Shown piece by piece: positions 1-10,447 of a stretch of DNA of 64,000 nucleotides (position 1 is the stretch's first letter; each line of letters begins with the position of its first letter). The DNA comes from an uncultured Clostridia bacterium (GTDB taxonomy: Bacteria > Bacillota > Clostridia > TANB77 > CAG-508). The notes under the pieces were generated by a model. It did not search any database, was not told the DNA's origin, and worked only from the letters and a program-made list of their open reading frames with translations. The translations under genes and the position numbers were made by a program. Location of the stretch: assembly GCA_947628825.1 (NCBI GenBank), contig CANRBH010000001.1:28853-92852 (forward strand), in the 5' to 3' direction.

Positions 1-3000
1 CTGGAAAATCAAGCTTTACCACAAATAATTGCAAAATAGAAAACTTGCCAAAAATAAAATATGTTATAACCATAGATTCAGACACAAACTTAGTAATGGA
101 CAGTGTGTTTAAATTAGTAGGAGCAATGAGCCATATACTAAACTTTCCAGAAGTAGATAAAATAAAAAATCTTGTTTTTAAAGGATATGGAATTATTCAA
201 CCTAGAGTTAATTTAGATATAGATGATGGTAGAAAAACTTTATTTACAAGGCTATTTGCAGGAAACTCAGGAACAGACCTTTATTCATCTGCTGTATCAG
301 ATGTTTATCAAGATACATTTGGAGAAGGTATTTTTACAGGAAAAGGAATATACGATTTAGAAACCTTTTATGATGTTCTAAAAGATTCAATTCCAGAAAA
401 TAAGGTATTAAGTCATGATTTATTAGAAGGTAATTTTTTAAGATGTGGCTTAGCAAACGATATATATTTAATGGATGGATATCCTTCTAGTTATAATGCT
501 TACAAAATAAGAAAACATAGATGGATAAGAGGAGATATTCAGATATTAGGATGGATGAAAAGTAGTCTAAATTTTTTATCCAAATATAAGATATTAGACA
601 ATATAGTAAGAAATCTAAATGAAGTATTTATATTCATAAATTTGCTACTAGGTATGGTTTTAAAAAATCCATTTATGATATTGATTTCATTATTACTATT
701 AGCAACACCGATGGTTATAAAATTAGTAGACTTATTTATAAATAAAAAATCTGGTGAATTTAACAATAAACTATTTGTACCAACTTTTACAGAAATACAA
801 AGAGCTATATATAGATATATTTTAGATATTGTGCTTTTGCCAGATATAGCAAATCTAGAAACAAATGCATTTGCAAAAGCTATATATAGAATGAGAATAT
901 CACATTTATATTTGCTAGAATGGACTACTGCAAATGAAGCGGAAAGTAAATCAAAACTAAGCATACAAGAATATTATTTATCAATGATTTTTACAACTAT
1001 TGTTGGCCTTTTCACCATGCCATATCCTTTTTCATTTTTATGGATATTTGCACCACTAATTATGTATTTAATGAGCAGAAAAGAGAAAGAAGTAACAAGT
1101 AAGATTTCAAAAGAAAATATAAAATATTTATTAGAAATAGGAAAAAAGACATGGAACTATTTTAAAGAAAATATGACTAACTATCTAGTAAATGATAATT
1201 ATCAAGAAAATAGAAGAAATGAAGTTGCAAAACGAACTTCATCAACAAATATTGGATTAGAGATTTTAGCAATAATAGCAAGTTATGATTTAAAATATGA
1301 GACAAAAGAATATGTACTAGAATTATTAGAAAATGTAATAGAAACGATTATTTCTTTACCAAAATGGAATGGGCATTTATATAATTGGTATGACACAGAA
1401 AAATTAACTCCTCTTACTCCAATTATTGTATCAGCGGTTGACAGTGGTAACTATGTTGGATATCTATATGTTTTAAAACAATTTTTATTAGAGCAAGTAG
1501 AATTAGAGAAAGAAAGTGTAAGAAAAAACTCTACAACTAAAAAAGATAAAATTACAGAGAGAATAGAAAGCCTAATTCAAAAAGTAGATAATTTAATAAA
1601 CGATACAGATTTTAGCAAATTGTATGATGAAAACATAGGACTATTTTCAATAGGGTTTAATGTGGAAGAAAATAGGCTTATTGATTCGTACTATGATTTA
1701 TTAGCATCTGAATCAAGACAAACTACTTTAGTTGCTATTGCTAAAAAGGACATACCAAGTAAATCTTGGGGCATGCTAGGAAGAACACTAACAAATTTAA
1801 GGGGACATGTTGGATTAGTATCTTGGGGAGGAACTGCTTTTGAATATCTAATGCCTAACTTGATAATACCAACTTATGATTCTACACTTATTGATGAATC
1901 TTGTAAACTTCTTATTTTAAGCCAAAAAGAATATGCATCAAAACTTGGAATTCCATGGGGTATATCTGAAAGTTCATTTAGTTTAAAAGATTTTCAAGGA
2001 AACTATCAATACAAAACTTTTGGAGTTCCATGGCTAGGACTTAAAAGAGGACTTTCTCAAGAGGTAGTGGTAAGTCCTTATGCAAGTTTTTTAGCACTTA
2101 CTGAAAATCAAAAAGATGTAATTAACAATCTAAAAAGATTAGAAAAAGAAGGAACTGTTGGAAAATACGGATTTTTTGACTCAATAGACTACACACAAAA
2201 TAAAGAAATTATAAAAATATTCATGGCACACCATCAAGGAATGATACTAGCAGCCATAAATAATGGACTTAAAAATAATATCTTTCAAAAAAGATTTATG
2301 AGAAATCCAGAAATGGAAGGAATAAAAGTTTTATTACAAGAAACAGTTCCAAACAATATAATTTTAACAAAAGAGAAAAAGGAAAAAGCACAGAAAATAA
2401 AATATAAAATTTATGATGAATATTCACAAAGAACTACAGGTGTAAATGCTATATCAACTAATAATTACACAGCTATAAATTATCAAAACGGATTAGAAAC
2501 TAGTAAATTAAATGATATTGCTCTTACAGAAGAAAACAATGTTTATATTAAAGATATAGACAGTAAAAAAGTATGGAGCTTAGCTAACAATAAACATGAT
2601 ACAATTTTCACAGCTTTTGATAGCAAATTTAAGATAGAAAATGGAAATTTAAAAGCACAAATAAAAAATACCATAGCTCCAGATTTGCAAGTAGAAGTTA
2701 AAGAAATTAAATTAACTAATAAAGGATTAAATGACTTAAATCTTGAGATAACAACTTCAGGAAAACCAATATTAGTAAATCAAAAACAATACAATGCACA
2801 CCCAGCATTTGAAAATATGTTTTTAAATTTTAGCAATATAAATGATAAAATTATTATCACAAGAAACAGAAGAAATCAAAATGAGCAGATTCCATATTAC
2901 GTTACAACATTATTTGCAGAAGAAGGAAATATGGAGTTTGAGATTGATAAAGAAAAATTTATAAGTAGAAAAAATAATAGGATTCCTGACAGTATATCAA

Positions 3001-6000
3001 AATCATGGCCTTTTAGTAATAAAGTGGGAACAGTTATAAATCCAATAATTGCATTAAGAAGAATAGTAAATATTAAACCAAATGAAACAAAAAAATTATA
3101 CTTGATAGTATCAGCTGATTATGATAAAGACCAAGCTATAAAGAATTTAGAAGAATATGAAGATATACGAAATTTAGATAGAATATTTGAACTTTCAAAA
3201 GTACAAACAGAAGCGGAAACAAGATATTTAGGTATAAAAGGAAGTAATATTTCAACTTATCAGAAAATGCTTAAGTTTTTAATTGTGCCTAAAGGAATTT
3301 GTGGTGATATTAAAAATTTAAGTTTAAATATGGATATTGACTTATCTAATGAAAGAATATGGAAGTATGGAGTGTCGGGAGATTTTCCAATAATATTAGT
3401 CAATATAAAAGACTTAAATGACTACTTTGTAGTAGATGAAGTATTAAAAGCATATGAATATTTTATTTCTAAAAATATAAAAACAGAAGTAGTAATCACA
3501 ACTAAAGTTGATATTGAAGAAAATATAAGAAACAGTAACATGTCAAGATATTTAAATCAAAGAGAGGGCATATTTATTTTAAATAATTTAACAAGAGAAG
3601 AAAAAAGGGTATTTGAATTAAGAGCAAGTATAGTTATTGATGCAGAGAACGGACTATTAGAAAAACAAATAAAAGAACTTGATGATAGTATCGAAACTGA
3701 TATTTATTTAGAAGATAGTATTTTAAATAAATTAGAAAATGAAACTAGCAACAATATGGATAAGCTAGAAACTGGTATTGGTGAAGAAAGTAACACTTTT
3801 GATAAATTAGAAACAGGCATTAGTGCAGAGAGCAATGGTTTTGACAATCTGCAAGACATAATAAAAATAAAAGATTTAAAACTATTTAATGGATATGGTG
3901 GATTTAATAAAGATGGCTCTGAATATTGGATAATACAAAATAAAGAAAATGTACTTCCAGTAGCATGGTCAAATGTATTAGCTAATAAGAATTTTGGAAG
4001 TATTGTTACAGATTCAATGGGAGGTTTTATATGGTACAAAAACAGTAGAACTAACAGAGTAACTTGCTTTTATAATGATAGTTATATGGATGAGCCTCAA
4101 GAAAAGTTCATATTGAGTTTATATAATTATGACAAAAAAAGTAAAACTGCAAAGAAGAAAAAATCTTTAAAGAAAAGTTGGAATTTAACTTTTAATGATA
4201 ACAATACAAATAATGAATATGTTACATGCTTTGGAATGGGATATGCAAAATATTTTCTGAACAATGAAATATATCAAGAATGCACACAATATGTTCCGGC
4301 AAAAGATAGTTGCAAAGTTAGTATTATAAAATTAAAAAACAATTTAGATGAAAAAATATCAATAAAGATAAAATATGAATTAGACTTTCAGTTAGGAGAG
4401 AACATTGAAGATAAAAGATTTATAGTTAAAGTGTTTAAAGAAGGCTTAAATATGAATCTAATTAAAAATCTAAAAAATCCATCTAATTTTGCTTATGTTA
4501 CAAGTAGCGAAAAAATAAATGAAACAAATGAAATAGAAATTGAACTAGAGGAAAATGAAGAAAAAGAAGTAGTATTTGTTTTAGGGTGTGAAGAATCAGA
4601 TATGGAAAGTTTAGATAAAGCAACTAAATATATTACTAATTATGAAGAAGAATTTGAAAATACTAAAAAATATTGGAAGGAAAAAACAAGCAAAGTAAAA
4701 TCTTCAACTCCAGAAAAAAGTTTTGATTTTTTGCAAAATAATTGGCTAGTATATCAGTCTATAGCATCAAGAATGTTCTCAAGAGCGGGATTTTACCAAG
4801 CAAGTGGAGGATATGGATTTAGAGACCAATTGCAAGATAGTTTAGGATTAAAATATGTAGATATAAATATATTGAAAAATCAAATCTTAATGTGTTGCAA
4901 ACATCAATTTTTTGAAGGAGATGTGGAACATTGGTGGCATGAAGACTCTAAACTTGGAGTTAGAACAAGATATTCTGATGACCTTCTATGGCTTCCTTAT
5001 GCTGTATTGGAGTATATCGATTTTACAGGAGATTATAGTATTTTAAATGAAGAAGAAATGTATTTAAAAGCAGAAGAACTAACAGACTTAGAAGAAGACA
5101 GAGTTGGCATATATGATTTGTATGAAAATAAAGGAACAGTTTTTGAACACTGCACAAAAGCTATTGAAAGGTCTATGAAATTTGGAGAAAATGGCCTGCC
5201 ACTTATAAAATCAGGAGACTGGAATGATGGAATGAATAGAGTAGGACAAAATGAAATTGGAGAAAGTGTGTGGTTAGGATTTTTCTTATACGACATTTTA
5301 ACAAGATTTATACCACTTATTGATTATGAATCAAAATTTTTAAAACAACAGGGAGTAAGTAAAGAAGTTGCAATAGCTATAAATGACAATAGTGAAAAAC
5401 AGGAAGCGAAGGTTGAATTTATACAAGATGTAAATACAATAAATTATGATGAAATTAAAGAAAAATTTGAAAATTGCGTAAATAGTTTGAAAAAATCATT
5501 AAATACTAATGGCTGGGATGGAAGATGGTACAAAAGAGCAATAGATGACAATGGTATGGATATTGGATCTATTAAATTAGATGAATGTAAAATTGATAGT
5601 ATTGCACAAAGTTGGTCAGTAATTTCTAACGCAGGAGATAATGACAAAAAGCACATTGCATTAGAAAGTGCAGAAAATTATTTGATTGATAATGAAAATA
5701 ATTTAATTAAATTGCTAACTCCAGCACTAGAAAAAAGAGATTTAGGATATATAACAGCTTACGCAAAAGGACTTCGTGAAAATGGCGGACAATATACGCA
5801 TGCAGCTATATGGCTACTTATTGCAGAAGCAATGCTTGAATATAACGAAAAAGCTTTTGATATATATAAAAAGATAAATCCAATAAAACACAGTTTAAAT
5901 AAAGAAACTGTAGATAAGTATAAAGTTGAACCTTATGTAGTAGAAGCGGATATTTGCTCAGAAGGTGCATTAGCAGGAAGAGGAGGATGGACATGGTATA

Positions 6001-6257
6001 CTGGTTCTAGTAGTTTGTTGTATAAAGCACAAATAGAATATATCCTTGGAATCAAGATAAATCAAGGAGTTTTAACAATAAATCCATGCGTGCCAGAAAG
6101 CTGGAAAAAGTTTGAAGTTAAGCTTAAATATTTTGATGCAGAATATACGATTAAATATATTAAAGGAAATAAAAAAGTAATGCTTATAAATGAAAAAGAA
6201 GCTAACGAAATAAAATTACAAAAGAAAGGAAAATATATTATTAGTAAATATTTTTAA
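1..6257 (+). CDS. cyclic beta-1,2-glucan synthase-like giant membrane glycosyltransferase (GT84-like N-terminal fragment + GH94 domain). It is 5'-partial: the frame is open to nt 1 and the Met at 45 is internal.
   Basis: DSD (DxD) glycosyltransferase motif at the extreme N-terminus of the fragment; a block of TM helices (residues ~190-340); a C-terminal alpha/alpha-barrel GH94/cellobiose-phosphorylase-like region with GFRDQLQDS and GRGGWTWYTGSS motifs; 2070 aa visible. Confidence 0.6.
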   Translation, partial: GKSSFTTNNCKIENLPKIKYVITIDSDTNLVMDSVFKLVGAMSHILNFPEVDKIKNLVFKGYGIIQPRVNLDIDDGRKTLFTRLFAGNSGTDLYSSAVSDVYQDTFGEGIFTGKGIYDLETFYDVLKDSIPENKVLSHDLLEGNFLRCGLANDIYLMDGYPSSYNAYKIRKHRWIRGDIQILGWMKSSLNFLSKYKILDNIVRNLNEVFIFINLLLGMVLKNPFMILISLLLLATPMVIKLVDLFINKKSGEFNNKLFVPTFTEIQRAIYRYILDIVLLPDIANLETNAFAKAIYRMRISHLYLLEWTTANEAESKSKLSIQEYYLSMIFTTIVGLFTMPYPFSFLWIFAPLIMYLMSRKEKEVTSKISKENIKYLLEIGKKTWNYFKENMTNYLVNDNYQENRRNEVAKRTSSTNIGLEILAIIASYDLKYETKEYVLELLENVIETIISLPKWNGHLYNWYDTEKLTPLTPIIVSAVDSGNYVGYLYVLKQFLLEQVELEKESVRKNSTTKKDKITERIESLIQKVDNLINDTDFSKLYDENIGLFSIGFNVEENRLIDSYYDLLASESRQTTLVAIAKKDIPSKSWGMLGRTLTNLRGHVGLVSWGGTAFEYLMPNLIIPTYDSTLIDESCKLLILSQKEYASKLGIPWGISESSFSLKDFQGNYQYKTFGVPWLGLKRGLSQEVVVSPYASFLALTENQKDVINNLKRLEKEGTVGKYGFFDSIDYTQNKEIIKIFMAHHQGMILAAINNGLKNNIFQKRFMRNPEMEGIKVLLQETVPNNIILTKEKKEKAQKIKYKIYDEYSQRTTGVNAISTNNYTAINYQNGLETSKLNDIALTEENNVYIKDIDSKKVWSLANNKHDTIFTAFDSKFKIENGNLKAQIKNTIAPDLQVEVKEIKLTNKGLNDLNLEITTSGKPILVNQKQYNAHPAFENMFLNFSNINDKIIITRNRRNQNEQIPYYVTTLFAEEGNMEFEIDKEKFISRKNNRIPDSISKSWPFSNKVGTVINPIIALRRIVNIKPNETKKLYLIVSADYDKDQAIKNLEEYEDIRNLDRIFELSKVQTEAETRYLGIKGSNISTYQKMLKFLIVPKGICGDIKNLSLNMDIDLSNERIWKYGVSGDFPIILVNIKDLNDYFVVDEVLKAYEYFISKNIKTEVVITTKVDIEENIRNSNMSRYLNQREGIFILNNLTREEKRVFELRASIVIDAENGLLEKQIKELDDSIETDIYLEDSILNKLENETSNNMDKLETGIGEESNTFDKLETGISAESNGFDNLQDIIKIKDLKLFNGYGGFNKDGSEYWIIQNKENVLPVAWSNVLANKNFGSIVTDSMGGFIWYKNSRTNRVTCFYNDSYMDEPQEKFILSLYNYDKKSKTAKKKKSLKKSWNLTFNDNNTNNEYVTCFGMGYAKYFLNNEIYQECTQYVPAKDSCKVSIIKLKNNLDEKISIKIKYELDFQLGENIEDKRFIVKVFKEGLNMNLIKNLKNPSNFAYVTSSEKINETNEIEIELEENEEKEVVFVLGCEESDMESLDKATKYITNYEEEFENTKKYWKEKTSKVKSSTPEKSFDFLQNNWLVYQSIASRMFSRAGFYQASGGYGFRDQLQDSLGLKYVDINILKNQILMCCKHQFFEGDVEHWWHEDSKLGVRTRYSDDLLWLPYAVLEYIDFTGDYSILNEEEMYLKAEELTDLEEDRVGIYDLYENKGTVFEHCTKAIERSMKFGENGLPLIKSGDWNDGMNRVGQNEIGESVWLGFFLYDILTRFIPLIDYESKFLKQQGVSKEVAIAINDNSEKQEAKVEFIQDVNTINYDEIKEKFENCVNSLKKSLNTNGWDGRWYKRAIDDNGMDIGSIKLDECKIDSIAQSWSVISNAGDNDKKHIALESAENYLIDNENNLIKLLTPALEKRDLGYITAYAKGLRENGGQYTHAAIWLLIAEAMLEYNEKAFDIYKKINPIKHSLNKETVDKYKVEPYVVEADICSEGALAGRGGWTWYTGSSSLLYKAQIEYILGIKINQGVLTINPCVPESWKKFEVKLKYFDAEYTIKYIKGNKKVMLINEKEANEIKLQKKGKYIISKYF

Positions 6258-6429
6258 AAAATATTACTAAAATGTAATAAAAATATAATAAATTTTTAAA
6301 CTTATTGATATTAGTATTAAATTAAAGAATTTTTTTGTAATATTTTAAAATAAAATATTTAAAAAAATCTTATATTAGTGTATTATATAATTGAATAAAT
6401 ATAAGCATCATAAAAAGGAGTAATATGTT

Positions 6430-8556
6430 ATGAAATGGAAAAAAATAGTTCCCATTATATTTCTAATAATATTTGCTATAATAGTAATTCCAAACATTAT
6501 AAAAAAATTAGATAATGAAGAACCAGTTGGTGAAATTAAATTTTCAACAGATTATATAGAGAGCCAAAAGATAAAAGCAACCTTAACTGTAAATAAGGAG
6601 ATAGAAACACCAGAAGGATGGAAAAAACAATCAGATTTAGAATACTATAAGTATTATGACAAAAATGAAGCTAATATAGATAATGTTATATTAAAAAATA
6701 TAAATAATGAAAAAAAATCTACTATGTCAATAAATATAAGCAAAATAGTAAAAAAAATTCCTACATTAAAAAGTATAAAATATCTTCCTGAAGAACCAAC
6801 CCAAAATTATGTTAAAGTAGTAGTAAAATTTGATATGGATCTTGGTATGGACTATAAAATGAACATTTTAGATGAATGGGAGGGAAGTAACAACGGAGAT
6901 ACTCAGGAACGAACGTTTACTCAGAATTATGAAGGTGATTTTACATTTACTGATACTGAAGGCAATAAAGTTATAGTTCATGTTGATGTACACAATATAG
7001 ATAGAGAACCTCCAGAATTTGAAATAACTAAAAGTATTGACGAAGCAACAAATCAAAGTGTTGAGGTAACAGTAACTGCAAATGAAGACGTACAAGTAAT
7101 ATCTATGAACGAAGGATGGGATTTTTCTGAAAATAAAATATTTAAAAAGACGTTTGAGCAAAGTACCATAGACCCTGATGTAATAATGGTAAAAGATTTA
7201 GCAGGTAACACTTCTACTGCTAACATAAGAATTGATAACATTGATAAAAATCCACCAACTATTACAGTAAATAAAAGCAATGAAAGGCCTACCAATTCAA
7301 ATGTCACAGTAACTATATCAGGAAATGAGGCTTTAAAAGTAGTTTCTGGTACAGGTTGGAAATTATCTACTAATGAATTACAATTAACAAAAGAATATAC
7401 AGCTAACGCAAATGAAACTGTTATAGTATCTGACTATGCAGGAAATCAAGTAACAGAACACATTGTTATAGATAATATAAAAAAAGAAGAAATAATCCCG
7501 ACAATAGTTTATGATAAAGAAATTACAAATGAAGACGTATTAGTAACAATAAATACTGATAGAGAATTGTATAGTGGTATGAATAAAAATAATTGGACTT
7601 TGACAAATAATAATTTCTCTATTCAAAAATTATTTACCGAAAATTCAACCGAAACAGTTGATTTTATAGATATATATGGAAACACAGCAACAGCTACAGT
7701 TACTATTAGCAATATAGATAAAACAGAGCCAGTTATCTTCATTTCAAGAGGGCAGAATATCGGGGATACTGCATACTATACAATTAGTGCAGATGATGCA
7801 ATTACTGTTGCAAGGAGTGGAATAAATGAAGCGTCAATTATGTATGCAGTAACTAATTCTCCTGAAGAGCCTGAACAGATGGAAAACATAGAAAATGGAA
7901 CATTGATTACTAAAGATATCGTGGGGATAGAAACATACTTTTTATGGGTTTCTTGTGAAGACAATTTAGGGAATAAATCAATTAAAAGTTATCCGATAAG
8001 TATAAATGATGAAAATAATTATTCAACTAAAATAACTTATAGCAATATAGATGAAACTATTGGAAGTGTAGTAGCAACTATAACCTCAAATAAGGAATTA
8101 TCATATATAAATGATGAACCATTAATGAATGGAATAAGTACACAAGGATGGAAATATACAAAAGGGGAGACACAAAATGAGTATAAGTTAGAAAAAGAAT
8201 TTAGAATTAATACAATTCAAAAAATTAAGCTTACAGAAAAAAGTGGACTTAATAAATACATTTATGTGGTTATAAAAAATATTTCTACAGGGTTGCCTGG
8301 AGATGTTAATGAAAATGGAATATTGGACATTAATGATATAATTGCACTACAAAGACATATAGCAACTCAAAATAGTGATGAAGTTCTAAAACAGCATCCA
8401 GAATGGCAGTTATCAGAGAAAAGTATCCAAATAGGAGATATAAACGGAAATGGGATTATTGATGTGGTTGATATTCAAATAATACAAAGACATATTGCAG
8501 CATCTAATGATGATAATATATCACGTGATCATCCTGATTGGATTTTAATCAAATAA
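6430..8556 (+). CDS. dockerin-containing cell-surface protein with 4-5 repeated ~90-aa beta-sandwich-like modules.
   Basis: N-terminal signal/anchor helix (MKWKKIVPIIFLIIFAIIVIP). Repeated modules each end in a DxxGNxxxxxxxIxNID(K/R)xxP motif. The C-terminus carries two Ca-binding dockerin segments (GDVNENGILDINDI...QRHIA and GDINGNGIIDVVDI...QRHIA). RBS AAAGGAG lies 7 nt upstream of the ATG. Confidence 0.6.
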   Translation: MKWKKIVPIIFLIIFAIIVIPNIIKKLDNEEPVGEIKFSTDYIESQKIKATLTVNKEIETPEGWKKQSDLEYYKYYDKNEANIDNVILKNINNEKKSTMSINISKIVKKIPTLKSIKYLPEEPTQNYVKVVVKFDMDLGMDYKMNILDEWEGSNNGDTQERTFTQNYEGDFTFTDTEGNKVIVHVDVHNIDREPPEFEITKSIDEATNQSVEVTVTANEDVQVISMNEGWDFSENKIFKKTFEQSTIDPDVIMVKDLAGNTSTANIRIDNIDKNPPTITVNKSNERPTNSNVTVTISGNEALKVVSGTGWKLSTNELQLTKEYTANANETVIVSDYAGNQVTEHIVIDNIKKEEIIPTIVYDKEITNEDVLVTINTDRELYSGMNKNNWTLTNNNFSIQKLFTENSTETVDFIDIYGNTATATVTISNIDKTEPVIFISRGQNIGDTAYYTISADDAITVARSGINEASIMYAVTNSPEEPEQMENIENGTLITKDIVGIETYFLWVSCEDNLGNKSIKSYPISINDENNYSTKITYSNIDETIGSVVATITSNKELSYINDEPLMNGISTQGWKYTKGETQNEYKLEKEFRINTIQKIKLTEKSGLNKYIYVVIKNISTGLPGDVNENGILDINDIIALQRHIATQNSDEVLKQHPEWQLSEKSIQIGDINGNGIIDVVDIQIIQRHIAASNDDNISRDHPDWILIK

Positions 8557-8634
8557 AATTTATTAGATTTTTATTTAAAATACTTGAAAAAAACTTTAAT
8601 TTATGGGAAAATAAAGAACAGTAGAGGAGTGATT

Positions 8635-9507
8635 ATGAAAAGAAAAATTTCAGTTATATTAATTATATTAGTAATGACTATAGCTTGGTTGGTGGGACAC
8701 GCATTTGCTGTTTCAAAAAGCGATGTAAAATTAAGTGTATTTGTTTCACCAAGCAATCCTGGTAGAGGAGATGAAGTTACAATTACAGTTTCTTTATCAG
8801 AATTAAAAGTTGGAGTTTCATCAGTAAGCTTTGCATTTAACTATGATAAAGCAGTATTTGAAGATGTTAAAGCTACTGCAAGTATAGGTTGGACATCGAC
8901 ATTAACTGGAACAACATATTTCATTAATACAGATAATTTAGAAGACACAACGCAAACAGGAACAATATTAACCATTAGTTTAAAGGTTAAATCTAATGCT
9001 CAAGTTGGAACTCAATCTAATATAAGTTTTACTTCAATTCAAGCTTCAGCAGGTAGAGATCTAATAAATGATTTTGAAAATTTAAGTAGAACTATAACTA
9101 TTTCAAGCAACGGACAAGGTGGAAATGAAGTGCATGGTGGAAACACAACAGGAAATGAAACTACGGAAAATCCAACACGAAATGAAGTAACAGGAGACCC
9201 AACAAAAAATGAGGTGACAGGAAATGATGTTACAGATAATCCAACTAGAAATGAAGTAACAGGAAATGATGATAATGGAAATGGCAATGGTGGAAACGGA
9301 AATGGAGCAACAGGTGGAAATGGTGAACCAGTTGTAAATACGTTACCAGTTCAGAAAATAAATGAAATAGGTAATTATACAACAGCAGATAAAGAAACAC
9401 CTAAAATTCCTCAAACAGGTGAAAATTATGCTATACAAATTTCAATAATTGGACTTACAATTCTATCAATAGTATCATATGTAATTTACAGGAAAAATAA
9501 AATTTAA
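8635..9507 (+). CDS. cohesin-domain protein, sortase-anchored (LPxTG-type signal IPQTGE + hydrophobic tail + RKNK).
   Basis: Start taken at the internal Met (MKRKISVILIIL...) preceded by GAGGAG. Signal peptide, a cohesin-like beta-sandwich block (VKLSVFVSPSNPGRGDEVTITVSLSELKVGVSSVSFAFNYDKAVFEDV), a Thr/Asn/Gly-rich repeated linker (NEVTG x4, GNGNG), and a C-terminal IPQTGE sorting signal. Confidence 0.55.
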   Translation: MKRKISVILIILVMTIAWLVGHAFAVSKSDVKLSVFVSPSNPGRGDEVTITVSLSELKVGVSSVSFAFNYDKAVFEDVKATASIGWTSTLTGTTYFINTDNLEDTTQTGTILTISLKVKSNAQVGTQSNISFTSIQASAGRDLINDFENLSRTITISSNGQGGNEVHGGNTTGNETTENPTRNEVTGDPTKNEVTGNDVTDNPTRNEVTGNDDNGNGNGGNGNGATGGNGEPVVNTLPVQKINEIGNYTTADKETPKIPQTGENYAIQISIIGLTILSIVSYVIYRKNKI

Positions 9508-9516
9508 TTAAAATTA

Positions 9517-9558
9517 TCCCTAAATATTAAATAAGTATTTAGGGATATAAATTTTTTT
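9517..9558 (+). terminator. rho-independent terminator after the cohesin gene.
   Basis: Stem tccctaaata / tatttaggga followed by a T-run (approximate coordinates). Confidence 0.5.
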
Positions 9559-9698
9559 GTCTTTTTTTATTGAAAAATCTAATATCTTATGATATAAATA
9601 TTAGTAAATTTAGTTTTTCAATGCAGTAGTTTGAATGAAGTAATCTTTCAAATCTATATATGTGTCTTTTAACAAATAGAGAAAGGAATGAGTTTTAT

Positions 9699-10436
9699 AT
9701 GGAAAATAATCAAGAAAATAATACATATGAAGAAGGTAAGAAAAAGATATTAGCTGTTGATGATGAAATGGCTATAATTGATTTACTTAAGTTCAATATT
9801 GAAAAAGAAGGTTATAATTTTATATCAGCTCAAGATGGAGAAGAAGGATTACAAAAAGTTATAGATGAAAAACCGGATTTAGTCTTATTAGATGTTATGC
9901 TTCCTAAAATGGATGGACTTTCAGTATGCAGAAAAATTAGACAAGAACAAATAAACATTCCTATCATAATGCTTTCTGCAAGAGGAGAAGAAATAGATAA
10001 AATTTTAGGACTAGAAATAGGTGCAGATGATTATATAACAAAACCATTTAGCACAAGAGAACTAATTGCAAGAATAAAAGCTAATTTAAGAAAATCAGAG
10101 CAAGAAGGAAATCTTGGATACTCAAATGGAAACAAGATATCAGTAGGAGCTTTATCTCTTGATTTAGATAAATTTGAAGTAAATGTAAGAGGACAAGTTA
10201 TTACTGATTTAACAAGAAGAGAATTTGAAGTTTTAAAATACTTAGCTCAGAAACCTGGACAAGTTGTTACTAGAGAAGCTCTTTTAGAAAAAGTATGGGG
10301 ATATGAGTACTTTGGAGACATTAGAACGGTTGATGTAACAGTTAGAAGAATTAGAGAAAAAATAGAAAAAAATACAGCTAATCCAAAAATATTAGTAACA
10401 AAAAGAGGAGTAGGATATTATATAGCTAGCAAATAG
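9699..10436 (+). CDS. OmpR-family response regulator (receiver + winged-helix).
   Basis: KKILAVDDE...LLDVMLPKMDG receiver motifs and a C-terminal OmpR/PhoB-type wHTH (VDVTVRRIREKIE). Start placed at the second Met (MENNQ), which has a better RBS than 9660. Confidence 0.85.
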   Translation: MENNQENNTYEEGKKKILAVDDEMAIIDLLKFNIEKEGYNFISAQDGEEGLQKVIDEKPDLVLLDVMLPKMDGLSVCRKIRQEQINIPIIMLSARGEEIDKILGLEIGADDYITKPFSTRELIARIKANLRKSEQEGNLGYSNGNKISVGALSLDLDKFEVNVRGQVITDLTRREFEVLKYLAQKPGQVVTREALLEKVWGYEYFGDIRTVDVTVRRIREKIEKNTANPKILVTKRGVGYYIASK

Positions 10437-10447
10437 TGGAGGAATAA

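Noticed and set aside
539-964. Numerous 60-160-aa ORFs on the strand opposite to large genes (for example 539..964, 3704..4039, 6868..7307, 36847..37329, 56579..57001, 57842..58133).
   Set aside because: They lie antisense inside well-supported conserved genes, have low-complexity F/I/L/S-rich translations typical of AT-rich antisense frames, and lack RBSs. They are spurious.
8584-8634. The upstream in-frame starts given by the ORF track for the cohesin protein (8584), the response regulator (9660), the ferredoxin (14418), the small ORF before the PIN gene (40372), rpsB (60461) and the bitopic protein (30486).
   Set aside because: The internal Met codons have properly spaced Shine-Dalgarno sequences and give canonical N-termini (signal peptide, MAVVAMKQ for S2, MAYKI for ferredoxin). 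The longer versions lack an RBS.
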